Source: Eledone cirrhosa (lineage: Eukaryota). From it: a stretch of 64,000 nucleotides of DNA. Of the stretch, positions 37,960 through 54,200 are shown one piece after another (position 1 is the stretch's first letter; each line of letters begins with the position of its first letter). The stretch is from contig OZ024744.1 of NCBI GenBank assembly GCA_964016885.1, positions 33,294,001-33,358,000 on the forward strand, in the 5' to 3' direction. A program made the position numbers and the translations under genes. The notes under the pieces are model-generated. The model was not told the DNA's origin and searched no databases. It worked only from the letters and a program-made list of their open reading frames with translations.

Positions 37960-38470
37960 GATGGTGGTGATGGCTGCAACTCGATTTCGATTAATGCCAT
38001 TGCTTGCTACTTAAACATGAGCATCACGGACGTGGTTTTTTGTCCTGCCAAGGACTTTCCTATGGCCAGCAATACCATGCCTCACAAAAAAATGTCACAT
38101 ATCAAGCGATATCTGCGCTTGAAGCATTTTTAAGTGAGGGAAGTCTTTGTACGGGGACAATCCCACGCTCTGACCATCAAATACATTTACCCAAAAAGAG
38201 GAACTGGTCTACATCATTGGATGTAAACAAAGTCACAGGTTCTATATCAGAGTGACCTTCTCCTAGAGAGATGTCTTAATGAAGACTTGGTGTCTCTAGC
38301 TCCACAAAATAAACATTATTAGATGGCCGTTGACTTTCCTGAGTTTCTCCGCCCTTTGACGGGTGTTGTTTTTCATCCCTCAGGGTGTCCAGAATAAACC
38401 AAACAAGCTTGGTGGGGGTCGTCGGTTTAGTCGCTGACGACCCCACCATACACAGGTTGTACTTGGTTTG
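37960..38470 (-). mobile_element. Non-autonomous RTE-tailed element, divergent copy
   Basis: Tail gatggctgcaactcgatttcga; head region ccgccctttgacggg..ggtttagtcgctgacgaccc..aggttgtact. Confidence 0.7.
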
Positions 38471-38753
38471 TACATATACATATATATATATATACGAACA
38501 TACGATTTTATATCCACATAATATTTGTCATAAGCACCATAAAATCTTTTTGCTTTCCCTTTTCTCCTCGCCTCAAGTCTCTCTTTTGTCTTTAATTCTC
38601 TCACTTTTTTTATATATTTATCTCTCGCTCTTTCTCGCTCTCTTTGTCTCACTTTCTCATTCTCTCCCCATCTCTCCTCCTCTGCCTCTACTCTCATTCT
38701 CTTTCTGTCTTTTTTGTTTGCTCTTTCCTTTGATCGCTTAATATATATCTCTT

Positions 38754-38836
<83 letters not shown>

Positions 38837-38914
38837 CATTTATTATCTCATTCTCCCTATCTCTGTTTTCATTTTCCTTTTATATCTAAATATTTCTCCA
38901 TCTCTAACTCTCTG

Positions 38915-38967
<53 letters not shown>

Positions 38968-38969
38968 CA

Positions 38970-39004
<35 letters not shown>

Positions 39005-39498
39005 CCTCTCATTGTCTCTCTTTTATCTGTCTCCCTTCCCCCGCATATATTTTACGCCCCTCTCTTTCTCCCTCCTCCTTTGTCGTTCTCACTCTCCTTC
39101 TCACTCATCCTATCTCGCCCTCCTTCTTCTCCCTCATCCTCGTTCTCACTCTCTCTCTCTCTTTCATTTAACCCTCTCTCCCTCCTCTCTCTCTCACTCT
39201 CGGTCAAACCTTCTCTCTCTGTTTTTTCTTCGTCTAACCATCTTTTCGTTTATTTTGGACTCGATTTCAATGTAAACCCAATTGTCTCTGTTTTTGTATT
39301 GTTCCCTAAATTTCGGTCCGTGTGGCCAATAAATGAAACCATTATTATTACCCCTCGGCGGGATTTGACCTCAGAACACAAAGGGTCATACGTTCTAAGT
39401 TCAAGTCCTGTCGAGTTTAGCTTTGTCTTTTATTTTTACAGGGGCGATAAAATAAAGTACCAGTAACGCACTGGAGTCGTTATATATATACATATACG

Positions 39499-42690
<3,192 letters not shown>

Positions 42691-42702
42691 TGTTTATTAT
42701 AC

Positions 42703-42754
<52 letters not shown>

Positions 42755-43010
42755 AAGGTGTGGTAATATACCATCAGGATCATAACGCACCAGACTACTC
42801 AATACTTAGGGTAGTAGTAGAGTGGGTAATAGTAAAAGAGCCAGGACCGACCCCGACGGCTGAGCTCTGGCCGTTTCGACAGTTAGATCTGAACTCGGTC
42901 GGATCAACCTGTAGGCGTCTGACTCTTTTCCTATTACCCACTATACTACCATAAATATCGAGTACTCTGGTGTGTTATGGTCTACCTCGTATCTTACCAC
43001 ACCTTCTTTG
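42755..43010. repeat. Foldback inverted repeat (~85-bp imperfect arms) enclosing a core-deleted hammerhead
   Basis: aaggtgtggtaa..gtgggtaatagtaaaagag versus ctcttttcctattacccac..ttaccacacctt. The minus strand has stem II, GAAA, stem III and GUC but no CUGANGA. Confidence 0.8.
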
Positions 43011-43066
43011 TTATATATATATATATATAAATTACACAATAATCAAAGCTATGTTCAAATCATTTT

Positions 43067-43123
43067 ATTGCTGGCAATCGTTTCTTTCAAACTTTCCTTT
43101 GTAATCATCGGAGCACTAGCAAT
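43067..43123 (-). ncRNA. Degenerate hammerhead motif
   Basis: tgct CCGATGA ttacaaag-gaaa-gtttgaaa GAAA cgattg CC agca. Confidence 0.55.
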
Positions 43124-43572
43124 GTTTGTACATATAATTAACCTCCTATTCAACTGAACCATCATACAGATACATGGTTATTAATGTTGTCAACAATAGT
43201 TTCGTATTTACAGAGTGGAGTGGATGCGACATAGATTACAAGAGAATTGTAGAATAATTAAAATTAAAAATTAAAAATTATAAATTAAAAAGTGGAATGC
43301 ATGCGACAGAGATTACAAGGGAATAGTATAATAATTAAAGAGTCATTAAGGTAGTAAGTTACTTGTAAAACAAGGACACTAGCGGTACATATCCACTCTG
43401 TGCCTTTTTAATTTATAATTTATAATTTTTAATTTTAATTGTTGTACAATTCTCTTGTAATCTATGTCGCATCCACTCCACTCTGTAAATAGGAAACTAT
43501 TGTTTGCAACATTAATAACCATGTATATCTATGATGGTTCAGTTGAATAAGAGGTTAATTATATGTACAAAC

Positions 43573-43629
43573 ATTGCTAGTTCTCTGATGATTCCAAACG
43601 AAAGTTTGGAAGAAACGATTGTCAGCAAT
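43573..43629 (+). ncRNA. Type I hammerhead ribozyme motif
   Basis: CTGATGA 43585-43591, perfect 8-bp stem II ttccaaac-GAAA-gtttggaa, GAAA 43612-43615, GUC site at 43621-43623. Confidence 0.82.
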
Positions 43630-45201
43630 AAAATGATTTGAACATAGCTTTGATTATTGTGTAATTTATATTCCTGCTCTGTAAAACATCTGATGTATTT
43701 ACATTGAACTATTTTTATCACTGGTAATAAGGTAGTAATTAATTACTGACCTTTCCTGTTTATAGTTGTATAAAGTCTATACATAACTATAAATAATATT
43801 ATTATAATTATATATATTTGTTTCATATATATATATATATATAGTTCCGTTGACAAATATACCAACGTGCCCAGACACGCAGATATATTGCCCTTGGTAT
43901 GACAGTGTGGTTTTAGCTCAATGAAGGATAACTGGTATACTACAGAGCCGTTATAAGTTTAGGAATAACCAACGAGTGCTTAGAAATACATTGTTTTATT
44001 ATCTAAAAGTGTTTCATCCGTACCCTAAGGCAGGAATCATCAGAGCCTATAAACAAGAGTATATCAATAGTTGCATGCCCATCAAGCTGCGTCACCAGAA
44101 CAATGTTAAGGGGCCAGCAGGGGGGTCCCGAGGCCAGCGCTATATAGCAACAGACACAATTCATGACGCATATACTGTCATAAAATGTCATATAAATGTC
44201 ATAAAAAAGTCATAAAAAATTACATCAAAGATCACATCAAAATGTTATCATTTACATGGTGCAATAGAAGACAAGTAGGGTGGGAGAGGGTAGCAGGGAA
44301 TGAGTGAAGGTGTTACTCAGCATGATCAAAAACAATAAACACATAAAAAAAACCCATAAAAAACGCAGAAACAAAAAACCAAAAGAAACAAACAAATCAA
44401 GGCATAGATACATCAAAGCACAAGCAGTGTAGATACAAGATATACAGGCAGATTAAGAGATCTTGCAAGTATGAGTCTGTGATAAGGATAGTTGGTTAGC
44501 GGTGGTGCAGCTTTATATGTAGGTTTGTCTATAGGAAGGTGATATCGCCTTGTAACATGTCGATCCTCCGTATCTTATCAGCACCCTGCGGACCACATCC
44601 ATTGGTTCGAGTTCCGAGCATTAGGCGAAGTAGTGCTATGTTTCCAACACATATACTCAGGGGATTTATCCGGATAGGCAGTCAGCGATAAACCCCTAAA
44701 ATCTAAAATAAAATAAAGTACGATGAGTTGAAGAAAGGCAGGGTATATGTACAGCCGGCACTCCAGTGAGGAAATTGAAAATGCGACAGGTCCGCAATAA
44801 CTGCAATCTCCCAAAGTCCTCACGTTCGGTCAGTCAACCCAACGTCCCAAATGAAATTCACTGTAAGGCTGAATCGGTATCGAAACAAATTGTCATACCG
44901 TATACAATTATACCACTGTAAATGAAAATTGTGATGGCTATTCCGTCACATAAACAGAAGGTGTGTAAAGAGAACTCCGCTTCCAGAATTACCAATGGCA
45001 GAGTGAAAGAAAAGCAGATGTGGTTATAATAATAAGCGGGTTTATTAGAGTGGGTGGAAATTTCTGTAGAAAATATAGAAAACTCACGGCTAAAACTGTC
45101 AATGACAACTAAGTTATTTACATGTCCGCCACGGGGTTTTCGTGTAGATTACTAAATCCGGAGGTTGTAATCTATTCACAGTCGGGTGTGACCCCTCCTG
45201 G

Positions 45202-45283
<82 letters not shown>

Positions 45284-45287
<4 letters not shown>

Positions 45288-45632
45288 ATAATAATAAATT
45301 TGAAGACTAAAATCCAAAGAAGGCTCGATAAGGGTAAATATATATTAAATATATAAGAACCGTAGAGCAAATATTTATTAAAATAAAAGATTAAAGTTTA
45401 AGCAAAGAATCTCTGATTTCACCCTTAACGGGATCTTCTGAAACTAACAAAGTCAATCTGTGAACGCAGAAGTGAATATTTCAAAAGTATCGTCTTCCTG
45501 TCTTCCTCCGGTTGCAACGTTTTTTGAAATATTTACTTCTGCGTTTACAGATTGACTTTGTTAGTTTCAGAAGATCCTGTTAAGGGTGAAAGCAGCGATT
45601 CTTTGCTTAAACTTTAATCTGTTATTTTAATA
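45284..45632. repeat. ORF-less foldback pLTR cassette with two CAGAAGA hammerheads (45388-45461 minus; 45547-45622 plus)
   Basis: Same sequence as the ends of 29485-31692; embedded in (TA)n. Confidence 0.88.
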
Positions 45633-45635
45633 AAA

Positions 45636-45672
<37 letters not shown>

Positions 45673-45718
45673 ATGCTTTGAGAGGGTCATGTTGCCAATA
45701 AGAAACACACGCACCAGT

Positions 45719-45843
45719 TGCATCCCTATCTCTTTTGTGAATCAGGTATTTCGTGTTAATCTCCTGTTCTTGGATTGCAAAAGCGTATCCTTCAAAGTGG
45801 GAGCCAACATAGCGGTTGTTGGTCCAAGATAGACTACTTTCCT
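45719..45843 (-). mobile_element. Fragment of the R4-like LINE family
   Basis: Reverse-complement match to ~36925-37048. Confidence 0.8.
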
Positions 45844-45849
45844 TATTAT

Positions 45850-48800
45850 TTTAATATATTAAGGAATCTAACACTTAAAAAAAACCTACATAGAGGCCAA
45901 GAAAACTTAGAGGTTTAAGGGAAAAAATTAATGACATAAAAATGTAAATAAAATATTAGTGAAATCAGACAAGACCAACAACCTATATGGGATTGAAAGA
46001 ACAAAATATAATGACTTAATTTTAAAAGAATTGAGAAAAAATTACAGAAAGACCCCAAGTGAAGATTTATTGAATATTAATAAATTATTAATAAAATTGA
46101 AATTATCACCAATCTTGGAATAGAGCGGAAGACCGAACATTTCATACCAAGGCAACCGCGGATAAATTTTAAAGACCATAAAAGAAATTTTGAAGAGGAC
46201 TTACCTGTTAGACTTATTGCACCTTCGAAATCAGACCTTGGAATAATTAGTAAAAACATAATATATAGGATTTTGCCAACGTTAAAATTGAGGTCAAGGC
46301 TTAACCTATGGAAGAGCACTAATGAAGTCATAGATTGGTTCAATAACATTGAAAATAAGAAAAATCATAAATTCATTCAAATGGACATAGCGAGTTATTA
46401 TTCCTCAATAACTCCTAACCTACTAAATAAGGCGCTTTCATATGCATATAAACTCACGGATCTATCTATTGACGAGATAAATATTATTTTAACGGCAAGG
46501 CGAACCTTGATTGATTTTAATAATGATTTTTGGACTAGATCTGACAGGCAGAAGAACTTTGACATTATTATGGGCTCGTCTGATTCGGCGCAAGTTACCG
46601 ATCTTGTGGGAATTTTCATCCTTAATATGATAGATAGAAAACTGCCGGAGATTACCGGTGGTTTACATAGGAACGACATATTATTTACTGTAGTTAGACA
46701 TAATAATAGCGAATTAAATAGAGTAAAGAAAGTAATTATAGAATTCTTAAAAAATTATGACCTGAAATTAGAAGTAGAAAATAACAATAAAATAGTTAAC
46801 TTCTTAGACGTAACCCTTAATTTAAACGCAGGCCTATATTACCCCTTCCATAAACTCAATGAAAACTTAAATTATGTTAGTTTTTACTCTAATCATCCTA
46901 AAAGTGTTAAAAATGTAATAGTCAACAGTGTCCAACAAAGAATATCCAGACTATCTGGTAATAGATCCATATTTAATAGTAAAGCTGTATATTATAATGA
47001 AGCGTTACATAAAGCAGGAAATAAAAATAATATTGAGTATGTAGGAAAAATAATATTAATTATAATCGCAGTATTCATAATAATAATAATAGAACTGACT
47101 GTAAAAACAACACCTCGAGGAATAAATCGGGGGGAAAAATAAGGACTAGATCTATAATTTGGTATGCTCCGCCAGCATCTTTAGCTATTAAAACAGCTTT
47201 AGCACATTTATTTTTTAAAGCCTTGGATAAATGTTTCCCTAGATCACATAAGTATTACTGTATTTTCAATAGACACACAGTTAAACTCTCTTATTCAACA
47301 ACTATGAATATTGCTCAAAATATTGCAAAAATTAATAGTAAAATTCTTAATTTGAACCAGCATATAATTAACATATAATAACAGTAATAATAATAATACA
47401 TTAGTTAATTGGAATAACAATAACAATAGTTTAAATACGAATAATAGTAGAACACCTCCAAATAATAATGATAATACGAATAGTTTAGGTTACAAAAATA
47501 ACATCGAAATGAATTGTAACTGTAGAAGGAAATCTGAACGCCCCTTACAAAATAATTGCCTTGACAAGAATCTAGTGTATAAATGTACCATTAAGACAGA
47601 TAATAATAATACATATAACTACATTGGTACCACTTCATCTAAGTTTAAGTTTCGCTTTTACAATCATAAACATTCTTTTTCTAAAAAATGTTCTACATTA
47701 CTCTCACAATTAATATGGTCTTTGAAGGAAAGAAATATTAAATACTCAATTTCTTGGAATAAATTAAAGATTTGTGATTCCTACCGAAACGCATCCATTT
47801 TACCAAATTACAATCTTTGCAATTTAGAGACTCTATTGATAATTACAAATTATGGCAATTTAATTAATAAGAAGAATGAATTATTTGGAAGCTGTCAACA
47901 TAAGTCTGGAAGAACTTTTCAAGCATTATACAAATTTCGAAAAAAATATTGACTATTAATAATTCTTAAAATATTATATATAGAACGTTTTGCCTTACCG
48001 GTAAAAATTGTTTATCGTTTTTATCTAGTAAATTAATCTCATGATGAGTCTCAGTATCCTAAGTTTGGATTTAGAAAGGTCATTGTTTAACTTGAAATTT
48101 CTTGATTTGTGGTTTGAAATATCTTTTGGTTTTCAAAATACTTAAATATCTTAAATGTTCACATATGTTGAACGAGTTATATTCCTTTATTTACATTCTT
48201 CGTAAATAATTTTGTTCTGTCCAAATAGCTTGCTAAAGTATATTTAACATGATTTATACAGTTTAATAATATATGAAAATCCTTAAAGGGAAACTATATA
48301 TAATAAGTAATTACGAAAGTAAAATCGAAATAATAAAACTTTTAAGAGTAAATATAACTACAAATTAATCCTGTAATGAAATGACAACCAATGAATTGAA
48401 ATGATTTTATAAAGAAAATAGAATAATTCAGATAATAAATGATCTTAACATAATATAAAATATATATACTGATGATGATATATGCATGTGTTTTAATAAA
48501 TATCCTTATACATATTTAATAATTATTTAAATATGCTTTAAAGATAAAAATGTTTTTAAATATTGTAACAAAATATTTAATAAATGTATTACTTAATTAA
48601 ACTATGTTTCTGATAGCTATATTTTTATATTGTTTAATTTTGATATAATATATAAGTATAATTAGCTTAAACACAACCAAATACAAAAGATATAAAAAAT
48701 TTCATGGTATTTAATTGGTTGCTTCTATTTGACTTAATATTTGAAAGCAACGCTCACACATCATTTCTTTCTTTCTTTTTTGTCATTATTTCTTCTTTCC

Positions 48801-49210
48801 TCTTCTCTCTTCTCTCTCTTCCTTTTTCCTTTTATATATTTGCTCCCTAATACGTCTATTTACGTATTTAAATATTTATGTATGTATGTATTTATTTATT
48901 TCTTCTTGCATTTCTTCATACTCACCTCCTCCATATACCCATATCTCACTCCCCATCCATTTCTTCTTTAAATTTAAGTTTATCATGTTATTATTTGTGG
49001 TATATAAATGTTGAGATTTGTTGTAATAAATCACTTCCAATACTGGAATTGAACCATCAAGACAGTTGAAGTATGTCATACATCAATTCATGTATTTTAT
49101 CTGACGAGAACGTACTGAAAAAACAGCACAGTACCTTCGAAATATATATAATAAAACATATATTTTGATTATGTGAATGTCTTCATTTATTAATATACTG
49201 AATAATATAT
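45850..49210 (+). mobile_element. Penelope-like element (probably Hydra-type), decayed, with long AT-rich 3' UTR
   Basis: VKSDKTNNLY, PVRLIAPSKSDLG, FIQMDIASYYSSI, MGSSDSAQVTDLVG, GGLHRNDI (mutated YRDD), CNCRRK..PL..C..NLVYKC..YIGTT..FKFRFYNH (47509-47952). Confidence 0.93.
49091..49160 (+). ncRNA. Type I hammerhead ribozyme motif
   Basis: ttttat CTGACGA gaa-c-gtactg..cagtac-c-ttc GAAA tatata TA ataaaa. Confidence 0.85.
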
Positions 49211-49356
49211 ATATATATCTATGTATTTATATATGTATGCTTATATGTATGCATATGATGTATGTATGTGTGTATATATGTATGTATATGATGCATCTAT
49301 GTGTGTATGTATGTATGTATTTATGCATGTATGTATATATGAATGTATGTATGTAT

Positions 49357-49965
49357 GTCGGGTCACTCTTGAGTGCTACTGGTAACATGTAACCCAGTAC
49401 AACCTGTCGCATGGTCGGGTCGTCGGCGACTAAACCGGCAACCCCACCAAGTTTACTTGGTGAGGAGGGTGATTTTGGACACCCTGCAGGACAAAAAACA
49501 AAACCTGACAAAGGGCGGAAGATCTCATAAGAGTCAATGGCCATCCAAAAGTGTGTAAATATGTATATACACATGTACATATGTATGTATATGTATATGT
49601 GTATATACATGGGTGCATGCCTATGTACATGCGCGGGGACATGGAAATAATCAGGCTGGACACCCGATCGCGCGGTTAAACCACTGGGAGTGAAGGACCC
49701 CTAGCCTTTGTCAGGGCATTCTTCTAGGAGAAGGCAACTCAGAAAACTGGGATAACTCTGATATAAAACCTGCGGCTCAGTAGTTACCGATGATGTTGAT
49801 CTTTTCTTCTTTTCGGGTTATAGCTACTGTCGCTCAGAGAGTGGGATTGGTTCAGTGCACAGTCTTTCCTCATTTAAAAAATATCTTCACGCACAGGCAT
49901 TGCGCGATAGAATTAATTAATAATTATTAATAATGATATATCGATAACGAGGGGGCAGCCATCAT
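49357..49965 (+). mobile_element. Non-autonomous RTE-tailed element, apparently complete (~610 bp)
   Basis: Three close and two divergent copies in the window; no ORF; tail tcgataacgagggggcagccatcat then (ATGT)n. (TATG)n on both sides. Confidence 0.85.
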
Positions 49966-50278
49966 ATATGTATGTATGTATGTTATCTCTTTCTCTTAAT
50001 TTCGAGTATATTCTTTTGACCGGCCACCTTCCTGGTGGCAAAGTTGTAAAAGAAAAGAAATTGTCGTCCCTTGAATCGCAAGAATGTTTTGCACATTTTG
50101 AAGGTGCCAGCTATCGCAGACTATGAATTAGGGAGCGGCGCTCTTTGTCCGCAAATCCAACAACAACATATGTCCGTATGCACATACACACATACACACA
50201 CACATACACACATATACATACATAGACACTTATATACATACGTACATACATACATGCATATATTAATACACATATAAT

Positions 50279-50347
<69 letters not shown>

Positions 50348-50804
50348 TGTATATATACATATATACATATGTACATATGTACATATATAAATACACACAT
50401 ACATACATACTCACATACATACCTCATATACATACATATAAAATACATATATAAATACATACATACACACACATATATATATAAATACATACATACATAC
50501 ATACATACATACATACATACATACATACTGACAGTATGTATGTATGTATGTATATATACAGTATATATATATATATGTATATATATGTATGTGTGAATTA
50601 ATATATGCATGTATGTATGTACGTATGTATATATGTGTGTATGTATGTATATGTGTGTATGTGTGTATGTGTGTGTGTATGTGCGTATGTGCATACGGAC
50701 ACATACAGACATACAGAGATATATTCCTTTTTAAATCATTGTTTTTCCTGCAGAGAAGATAGTCGCGGTGATAGTAATGGTAGAGATGACACCGTCGTTA
50801 CTAC

Positions 50805-51838
50805 TGGTTGATGTGGTGTTGGTGGTGGTGGTGGTGTTGGTGGTGGTGATGTTGGTCGTGTTGGTGGTGGCGGTGGTGGTGGTGGTGGTGGTGGTGGTGG
50901 TGGTGGTGTTGGTTGTGTTGTTGATGTTGTTGTTGGTGGTGTTGGTGTTGTTGTTGGTGGTGGTGTTGGTGTTGGTGGTGGTGTTGGTGGTGGTGTTGGT
51001 GGTGGTGTTGTTGGTGGTGTTGGTTGTGTTGTTGGTGGTGGCGGTGGTGGTGGTGTTGGTGGTGGTGGTGTTGGTGGTGGTGTTGTTGGCGGTGTTGGTG
51101 GTGGTGGTGGTGTTGGTGGTGGTGGCGGTGGTGTTGGTGGTGGTGGTGGTGTTGGTGGTGGTGTTGTTGGTGGTGTTGGTGGTGTTGTTGATGTTGTTGG
51201 TGGTGGCGGTGGTGTTGGTGGTGGTGGTGGTGGTGGTGGTGTTGGTTGTGTTGTTGATGTTGTTGTTGGTGGTGTTGGTGTTGTTGTTGGCGGTGGTGTT
51301 GGTGTTGTTATTGGTAGTGGTGGTGTTGTTGGTGTTGTTGGTGGTGGTGGTATTGTTGGTGGTGGTGTTGGTGGTGGTGTTGGTGTTGGTGGTGGTGTTG
51401 GTGGTGGTGTTGTTGGTGGTGTTGGTTGTGTTGTTGATGTTGTTGGTGGTGGTGGTGTTGTTGGTGGTGGTTTTGACGGTGGTGGTGGTGTTGGTGTTGG
51501 TGGTGGTGTTGGTGGTGGTGTTGGTGGTGGTGTTGGTGGTGGTGTTGGTGTTGTTGATGTTGTTGGTGGTGGTGTTGGTGGTGTTGTTGTTGTTGTTGGT
51601 GGTGGTGGAGTTGTTGTTGTTGGTGTTGGTGGTGGTGGTGGTGTTGGTGGTGGTGTTGGTGATGTTGTTGTTGGTGGTGGTGGTGGTGGTGTTGGTGGCG
51701 GTGGTGGTGTTGGTGTTGTTGTTGGTGGTGGTGGTGGTGGCGTTGGTGGTGGTGTTGGTGGTGGTGTCGGTGGTGTTGGTGGTGTTATTGTTGGTGTAGG
51801 TGGTGGTGTTGGTGGTGTTGTTGTTGGTGGTGGTGTTG

Positions 51839-51870
<32 letters not shown>

Positions 51871-51949
51871 GTTGTTGGTGGTGGTGGTGGTGGTGGTGGT
51901 GGGGGTGGTGGTGTTGTTGTTGGTGGTGGTGTTGTTGGTAGTGGTGGTG

Positions 51950-51981
<32 letters not shown>

Positions 51982-52445
51982 GTTGTTGTTGATGTTGGTG
52001 GTGGTGGTGTTGATGGTGGTGCTGGTGTTGGTGGTGTTGGTGGTGGTGTTACTGGTGTTGGTGTGTGGGGTTGTGTTGTTGTTGGTGTTGTTGTTGGTGG
52101 TGGTGGTGGTGGTGGTGTTGGTGGTGGTGTTGGTGGTGGTGGTTTTGTTGTTGGTGGTGGTGTTGGTGTTGGTGGTGGTGGTGTTGTTGCTGGTGTTGTT
52201 GTTGTTGTTGATGGTGGTGTTGGTGTTAGTGGTGGTGTTGGTGTTGGTAGTGTTGGTGGTGTTGTTGTTGTTTGTGGTGGTGTTGTTATTGGTAGTGGTG
52301 GTATTGTTGTTGGTGGTGGTGTTGGCTGTGGTGGTGGTGTTGGTGTTGGTGGTGGTGTTGGTGTTGGTGTTGGTGGTGGTGTTGGTGGTGGTGTTGGTGG
52401 TGGTGTTGGTGGTGGTGTTGGTGTTGTTGATGTTGTTGGTGGCGG

Positions 52446-52476
<31 letters not shown>

Positions 52477-52878
52477 GTTAGTGTTGGTGTTGGTGATGTT
52501 GTTGTTGGTGGTGGTGTTGTTGTTGTTGGTGGTGGTGGTGGTGGTGTTGCTGTTGTTGTTGTTGGTGTAGGTGTTGGTGGTGGTGGTGGTGTTAGTGTTG
52601 GTGTTGGTGATGTTGTTGTTGGTGGTGGTGGTGTTGTTGGTGGTGGTGGTGTTCGTGGTGTTGTTGTTGGTGGTGGTGGTGGTGTTGGTGGTGGTGGTGT
52701 TGGTGGTGGTGGTGTTGGTGGTGTTGGTGGTGGTGGTGTTGTTGGTGCTGGTGTTGTTGGTGTTGTTGGTGGTGGTGTTGGTTTTGTTGTTGTTGGTGGT
52801 GGTGGTGTTGGTGTTGATGTTGGTGGTGGTGGTGGTGGTGGTGGTAGCGGGTTGGTGGTGTTGTTGTTGTTGGTGTTG

Positions 52879-52910
<32 letters not shown>

Positions 52911-54139
52911 GGTGGTGGTGGTGGTGGTGGTGGTGCTGTTGGTGGTGGTGGTGGTGGTGGTGATGGTCTTGTTGGTGTTGTTTTTGGTGGTGGTGTTGTT
53001 GTTGTTGTTGGTGGTGTCGGTGTTGTTGTTGGTGGTGTTGGTGTTGGTGGTGGTGTTGGTGGCAGTGGTGGTGGTGTTGGTGGTGGTGTTGTTGGTGGTG
53101 TGGGTATTGTTGGTGTTGTTGTTGGTGTTGTTGGTGGTGGTGTTGGTGGTGGTGTTGGTGGCGGTGGTGGTGGTTTTGGTGGTGGTTTTTTTTGGTGGTG
53201 TTGGTGTTGTTGGTGTTGTTGTTGGTGTTGTTATTGGTGGTGTTGGAGGTGGTGTTGGTGGTGTTGGTGTTGTTGTTGGTGTTGTTATTGGTGGTGTTGG
53301 AGGTGGTGTTGGTGGTGTTGGTGGTGGTATTGTTGTTGGTGTTGTTGGTGGTGTTTGTGTTGTTGTTGATGGTGTTGGTGGTGTTGTTGGTGTTGGTGTT
53401 GTAGGTGGTGGTGTTGTTGTTGGTGGTTTTGTTGGTGGTGTTGTTGTTGGTGATGGTGGTGTTGGAGTTGTTGGTGGTGGTGTTGATATTGGTGGTGGTG
53501 GTGGAGTTGTTGGCCTTGTTGTTGGTGGTGGTGTTGTTGTTGGTGGTGTTGTTGGTGGTGGTGGAGTTGTTGGTCTTGTTGTTGGTGGTGGTGTTGTTGA
53601 TGGTGGTGTTGTTGGTGGTGGTGTTGATGGTGTTGGTGGTGTTGTTGTTGGAGTTTGTGTTGGTGTTGATATTGGTGGTGGTGGAGTTGTTGGTCTTGTT
53701 GTTGGTGGTGGTGTTGTTGGTGGTGTTGTTGTTTGTTGTGTTGTTGCTGGTGGTGTTGGTGGTGTTTTTGGTGGTGTAGTTGGTGTTGTTGTGGGTGGTG
53801 GTGGTGGTGGAGTTGTTGGTCTTGTTGTTGGTGGGGGTGTTGTTGGTGGTGTTGTTGTTGGAGGTGTTGTTGTTGGTGGTGTTAGTGGTGTTTTTGGTGG
53901 TGTTGTTGGTGGTGTTGTTGGTGGTGTTTGTGGTGGTGTTGTTGGTGTTGTTGTTGTTATTGTTGTTGCTACTACTGTTGTTGTTGTTGGTGGTGGTGGT
54001 GTTGCTGTTGCTGCTGCTTCTGTTGATGTTGTTGTTGATGATGATTATGACGTGATTGTTGCTGTTGTTGTTGTTGCTTCCGCTACTGCTTCGGTTGATG
54101 TTGATGCTGTTGTTGTTGATGATAATGATGATGATGATG

Positions 54140-54173
<34 letters not shown>

Positions 54174-54200
54174 GGATGTGATTGTTGTTGTTGTCGTTGT
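50805..54200. repeat. 3.4-kb cryptic (GGT/GTT)n trinucleotide tract ending in (GAT)n
   Basis: Directly visible. Confidence 0.97.

Larger units (their letters stand above)
43026..43670. repeat. Foldback inverted repeat, ~265-bp arms (43026-43292 / 43404-43670)
   Basis: Visible; mirrored spurious ORFs 42972-43157(+) and 43539-43721(-). Confidence 0.93.

Noticed and set aside
48460-48500. CTGATGA in the PLE 3' UTR
   Set aside because: No stem II-GAAA or closing stems follow it.
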